IMG/VR virus record: IMGVR_UViG_3300025682_000004 | Source of the DNA: a virus | Taxonomy: Duplodnaviria > Heunggongvirae > Uroviricota > Caudoviricetes | Reading direction: 5' to 3' (one strand) | DNA length: 64,000 nucleotides | Part shown: positions 60,269-64,000 of the stretch, one piece after another | Position numbering within the stretch: position 1 is the first letter of the stretch | How the letters are laid out: every line of letters starts with the position of its first letter | Program-made: the position numbers and the translations under genes | Notes under the pieces: model-generated | What the model saw: the letters and a program-made list of their open reading frames with translations, nothing else | Databases searched by the model: none | Told to the model about the DNA's origin: nothing

Positions 60269-60784
60269 ATGAAAAAACTAATTTATTTTATGATGATTGC
60301 AATAGTTGTAGCAACCAGTTGTAAAAAAGAAGAAATCGTTGAACCCGAACCACCAAAACCAATTCCCATTATTAGTTTTGAAGAACTAATTGGTTACTGG
60401 ACTACAATTAAATGGGAATATGATGGTAATACATATACGGAATGTGATGATGTTAAATTCCTTATGTGGCTTAATGATAAAGGTGCAATACTTTTAGAAA
60501 TTGAATTTAATAATGACTATCCTTGGACGGATGATAATGGTGTACCTTGGGGCTATGGTTTATTTCATGATATGTGTGGTGGTAATTGGGGTAGTCAAAA
60601 TTATTATTTTATAGATATTGAAAAAAATCAAATTATTTTTGCTGACCATCTTAGTCTTGAAATTCGTGTATTATTTCAAGTATTGGAATACAACAAAGAA
60701 GAACAAATACTGAAATTTGAATTAACTAAAACTAAACCTAGTATGAGTTTTATTAATTCAATTTATACAATGAAAAAACTGTAA
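60269..60784 (+). CDS. lipoprotein (signal peptide plus lipobox-like ATSC)
   Basis: MKKLIYFMMIAIVVATSCKKEE has a hydrophobic signal followed by Cys. Confidence 0.5.
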   Translation: MKKLIYFMMIAIVVATSCKKEEIVEPEPPKPIPIISFEELIGYWTTIKWEYDGNTYTECDDVKFLMWLNDKGAILLEIEFNNDYPWTDDNGVPWGYGLFHDMCGGNWGSQNYYFIDIEKNQIIFADHLSLEIRVLFQVLEYNKEEQILKFELTKTKPSMSFINSIYTMKKL

Positions 60785-60805
60785 ATGTTTAGCATTAAGT
60801 TCAAA

Positions 60806-60845
60806 CTCACCACTACTATCAATAGTGGTGAGTTTGGATTATTCA
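60806..60845 (+). terminator. rho-independent terminator-like hairpin
   Basis: 12-bp perfect stem aaactcaccact / agtggtgagttt with a 9-nt loop, immediately after the lipoprotein stop. Confidence 0.5.
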
Positions 60846-61007
60846 ATTTAGTCTTTATATAATTATAATTAGTAGAATTATAAAAATTTATGATTTTTTA
60901 TAGAATGAAAAGTATTTATTAAAAAATATAATTATTAACGTTTCATTTTAAACAAAATAATATAAAATTAGAACATTGTAAATATTTACAAAAATTTAAA
61001 AATTTTT

Positions 61008-61541
61008 ATGAAAATAATAATAAGAATATTTTTATATTTTCAACATATTTGGAAATTATTTATTGGTTTTCTATCAAAGAAAAAAATTCATAGTAATAAT
61101 CCACAACTTAGTAGATTGATGGAATCAAATTTAAGTTTTAAAGAGTTAGAAATTAAAAGAAAAAAATTAATAAACAAAAAACTAAAGTTGTGTGCTGAAT
61201 TAAACGCATTTAAATACAATAAAATGGAACGTGGAATAGATTATAATATTTTAGACTTCAACGAAAAGAACGATAAAATTTCTCAAATAAATTCTTTGTT
61301 GAAAGGCATAGAAGTTAAATTAAGAAAAATTGGTTATGTTTATGAATATATAAAAGAAATAGTTGCAAAGAATGAATTTAACGAAAAAATATTATTGAAA
61401 AATAGGTGTGAAATTATACTTGAAAAAAAATATGAATTACCATTAAATCAAGAAGATTTCATTGAAATATTTAAACTTTTAGATTTGAATGATGATGAAA
61501 ATTTAATATCAATAAGACATATTAAATCTATTAATAGTTAA
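61008..61541 (+). CDS. hypothetical protein
   Basis: 177-aa ORF. Confidence 0.3.
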   Translation: MKIIIRIFLYFQHIWKLFIGFLSKKKIHSNNPQLSRLMESNLSFKELEIKRKKLINKKLKLCAELNAFKYNKMERGIDYNILDFNEKNDKISQINSLLKGIEVKLRKIGYVYEYIKEIVAKNEFNEKILLKNRCEIILEKKYELPLNQEDFIEIFKLLDLNDDENLISIRHIKSINS

Positions 61542-61655
61542 TGGATTTAACATACCTATTATTGGCAGTAATAAATTTGAAATAAAAAATATTACTTAAT
61601 AATATTAATTTAATGTTTGATATTGATGATGAAATTGAAATAAAAAAATATTAAA

Positions 61656-62297
61656 ATGAAAAGAATAAAAAATTTTATAAATGTTAAAATATTACCATAT
61701 TTAAGAAGTGGATATGGTTATTACTATTACCTTTGTTTTAAGAATTTTATAATAAAACTCATAAAACCAAAGAAAATAATAGCCATTAAATGGAGAATTA
61801 CTATTGATGAAGAATTTAAATACGTCACGTATGTTGAAAAATGTTTAATTACAAGGTATATAGGAAGAATAAGAAACAATATACTATTTGATAATAAAGA
61901 CACTTTTCATTTTAAATTTAATAATATACCCACAGCACCATCATCAATATATGAAAAGGATGTAATTAATCCAGAAATCAAACCCCAAAACGATTTTTAT
62001 TTTGTTGAAAAAAACTGTTTGATTGAATATATAGTGGATGAATTTAATGATAATTCAATTGTTTTTCATTCTGAAAATTTCACACATTTCAAGATTGGTA
62101 ATTCAGAATGGATACCCATTGAAAATATTGACTATAGGTATGGTGGATTATGTTTATTTTCGTTTGAACATAAATTATTTGCAATTATTGAAACTGATTT
62201 AATTTCAGAAGTAAGTAAAAATGAAATTGGTAATTTAATAGAAAAAGATTTAAAGGAATTAACACTTTCTTTTCAAAAAATTAAACAAAAAATATAA
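61656..62297 (+). CDS. hypothetical protein
   Basis: 213-aa ORF. Confidence 0.3.
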   Translation: MKRIKNFINVKILPYLRSGYGYYYYLCFKNFIIKLIKPKKIIAIKWRITIDEEFKYVTYVEKCLITRYIGRIRNNILFDNKDTFHFKFNNIPTAPSSIYEKDVINPEIKPQNDFYFVEKNCLIEYIVDEFNDNSIVFHSENFTHFKIGNSEWIPIENIDYRYGGLCLFSFEHKLFAIIETDLISEVSKNEIGNLIEKDLKELTLSFQKIKQKI

Positions 62298-62490
62298 AAA
62301 TTTAAATAATTATTAAACATAAAGAAATTAATTTGTATGGAATTGAATATTTTTTAGTACCAAAATCCACCAAATATGATATTATAAAAACCTAACCAAA
62401 GAATATTGAATCCTCACATGGTCTTTGGAAAATCTTTGAAGAACCAAAAAGAGTTAAAAAAACACAAATTATAATTAATGTTTTAGAAAA

Positions 62491-63828
62491 TCATTTAATG
62501 TTAAGAACATCTGCCACAAATTTTATACAATCAGATTCCCCCAACCCTTTATAAAAATAAAAATCTGAGTCGGGTTGGTTTGTGGGAATACCATATAATT
62601 TTCCACCATTTAATGGGCAAGCAACACCACCCCATGATGGTGAGTTTACACCGTTACGATAATAACCCAATTCATTAACATCGATATTAAAAACATCATC
62701 AATATATTTAAATCCCTTTTTCTCTATACTATTAAAACTTTTAATATGGTTTTCTGGTACTTCAATAAAATCAGTCCAGTGTAAATTGGGTCGTATAAAT
62801 CTTTTGGTATTGATATCATTTGCTGCAATTGGATAACTATTATCATTAATCGATTGAACTTCACCGCTAATTTCTGTATCATAACTAAAACATGTGTTAA
62901 TTCTTAACCCACCAAATTCAGCACTACTAACATAACTCAAATCATTACTTAAATATCTCAACCTAAGTGGTATTAGTGGGTTATATTTCCAAACAATACC
63001 TGAATTTTGATTATCTGAATTTTTATGATATGTTTTTATGTATAAAGTCTGAGTACTGTTAATGTTTTGTTTAAATTCATTTTCGTTATAATAAACCAAA
63101 TCACCAATAATTTGATTTGTATTTGTTTCAACAACGTCACCAACATTAAAATTAAAATCAAATGTCGATGGTAATGTCATTTTTTTCTCAATACCATTAG
63201 ATTCCCATGTTGTACCAGAAATAGTTTCAGATGTATTAAATCCGTTACTTTTTTTAATATAACAAGGCATTAAATATAATTCAGTTAATGGAAATCCTAA
63301 ATAATCATACATTTCTCTAACATCAATGTCAATATTAACATTAAACGCATAAACTTGCTTACCAAAAATATTATTTGTAAAACCTGCAGGATATATATCA
63401 ATATTGTTTGGTGTTGCGATTACTTCAAATTTTCTAATATATTTTTTTATTGATAAATCACTACTATATAATGAAACATATTCTTTATCAGATGGTTTAA
63501 CTACATAAAATTTAAATGAATTAAAAATGTTTTTAGAATTATCAATTCTATATTCATAATAATCTGTTGTATATTTATAATCAAGTTTTAAACCATTTAG
63601 CATTGAAACATAATCAATTCTACCATATATTCTATAAATTGCATTTCTTTCACGTTCAGTTACGTATGTTTCAGATGCGTTCACGTTACTATAAACATCA
63701 TATTCGGTTAATTCAGACTCTCTATTAATTAGTTGAATCTTATCAACGTTATCAACATTAACCGATTTAACGTGTTTAAATTTTCCTAATAATATTTCAA
63801 CCTCTTTTTCCATATACAATAAATACAA
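62491..63828 (-). CDS. large structural protein, paralog B
   Basis: 445 aa, paralogous to 58522-60159 (see the blocks listed there). Confidence 0.4.
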   Translation of the reverse strand: MYLLYMEKEVEILLGKFKHVKSVNVDNVDKIQLINRESELTEYDVYSNVNASETYVTERERNAIYRIYGRIDYVSMLNGLKLDYKYTTDYYEYRIDNSKNIFNSFKFYVVKPSDKEYVSLYSSDLSIKKYIRKFEVIATPNNIDIYPAGFTNNIFGKQVYAFNVNIDIDVREMYDYLGFPLTELYLMPCYIKKSNGFNTSETISGTTWESNGIEKKMTLPSTFDFNFNVGDVVETNTNQIIGDLVYYNENEFKQNINSTQTLYIKTYHKNSDNQNSGIVWKYNPLIPLRLRYLSNDLSYVSSAEFGGLRINTCFSYDTEISGEVQSINDNSYPIAANDINTKRFIRPNLHWTDFIEVPENHIKSFNSIEKKGFKYIDDVFNIDVNELGYYRNGVNSPSWGGVACPLNGGKLYGIPTNQPDSDFYFYKGLGESDCIKFVADVLNIK

Positions 63829-63908
63829 TTAATATAAAAATTTTATATTTTTTTGTAACATTATTAAAATACCATCGTATTATACATCAAACTTAAATAC
63901 TGAAAACT

Positions 63909-64000
63909 ATGAAAAGACTGAACTTAATTATCATGATGTTCGCAATGGTATTGGTTAATACCGCTTGCGATGAAAAGGAAGAACCAACCCCAACGTTCAA
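63909..64000 (+). CDS. partial lipoprotein gene (5' end only), locally GC-richer
   Basis: MKRLNLIIMMFAMVLVNTACDEKEEPTPTF has a signal peptide plus Cys. It runs off the window. Confidence 0.35.
   Translation, partial: MKRLNLIIMMFAMVLVNTACDEKEEPTPTF

Overview
This window is a segment of a very AT-rich, distantly T4-like (myovirus-type) phage genome. The evidence is motif-level recall of T4 proteins, not a database search. The window holds several modules:

- **DNA metabolism module, all on the minus strand (2301-8171):** DnaB/gp41-like helicase, FEN/RNase H-like 5' nuclease, RecA/UvsX-like ATPase, and a gp32-like Zn-finger SSB with an acidic ...DDLPF tail.
- **Sugar-nucleotide operon (13886-16641):** five translationally coupled genes that match every step of the ADP-L-glycero-D-manno-heptose pathway (kinase, cupin replacing GmhA, mini-HAD phosphatase, adenylyltransferase, epimerase). 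It is flanked by several glycosyltransferases.
- **IS200/IS605 insertion:** a visibly GC-richer element (TnpA plus TnpB with hairpin ends) has inserted into, and split, an FkbM-type methyltransferase gene within this glycan locus.
- **Virion genes:** tape measure protein, gp19-like tail tube, gp21-like prohead protease, an acidic repeat scaffold, and a gp23-like major capsid protein followed by a clean rho-independent terminator.
- **GIY-YIG homing-endonuclease fusion** immediately after the capsid gene.
- **SF1 (Dda/UvrD-like) helicase** interrupted by two inteins at Walker A and motif III. One intein carries LAGLIDADG motifs.
- **Nucleotide metabolism:** thymidylate synthase with an insertion, and a dUTPase.
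- **Other:** an SPFH/band-7 membrane protein, a KTSC-domain protein, a cluster of tRNA or tRNA-like genes with non-canonical features, two paralogous large structural proteins bracketing a lipoprotein cassette, and a recurring TATTTATA(TA)AAA motif just upstream of many virion genes on both strands (candidate late promoter).

Many small ORFs remain hypothetical.
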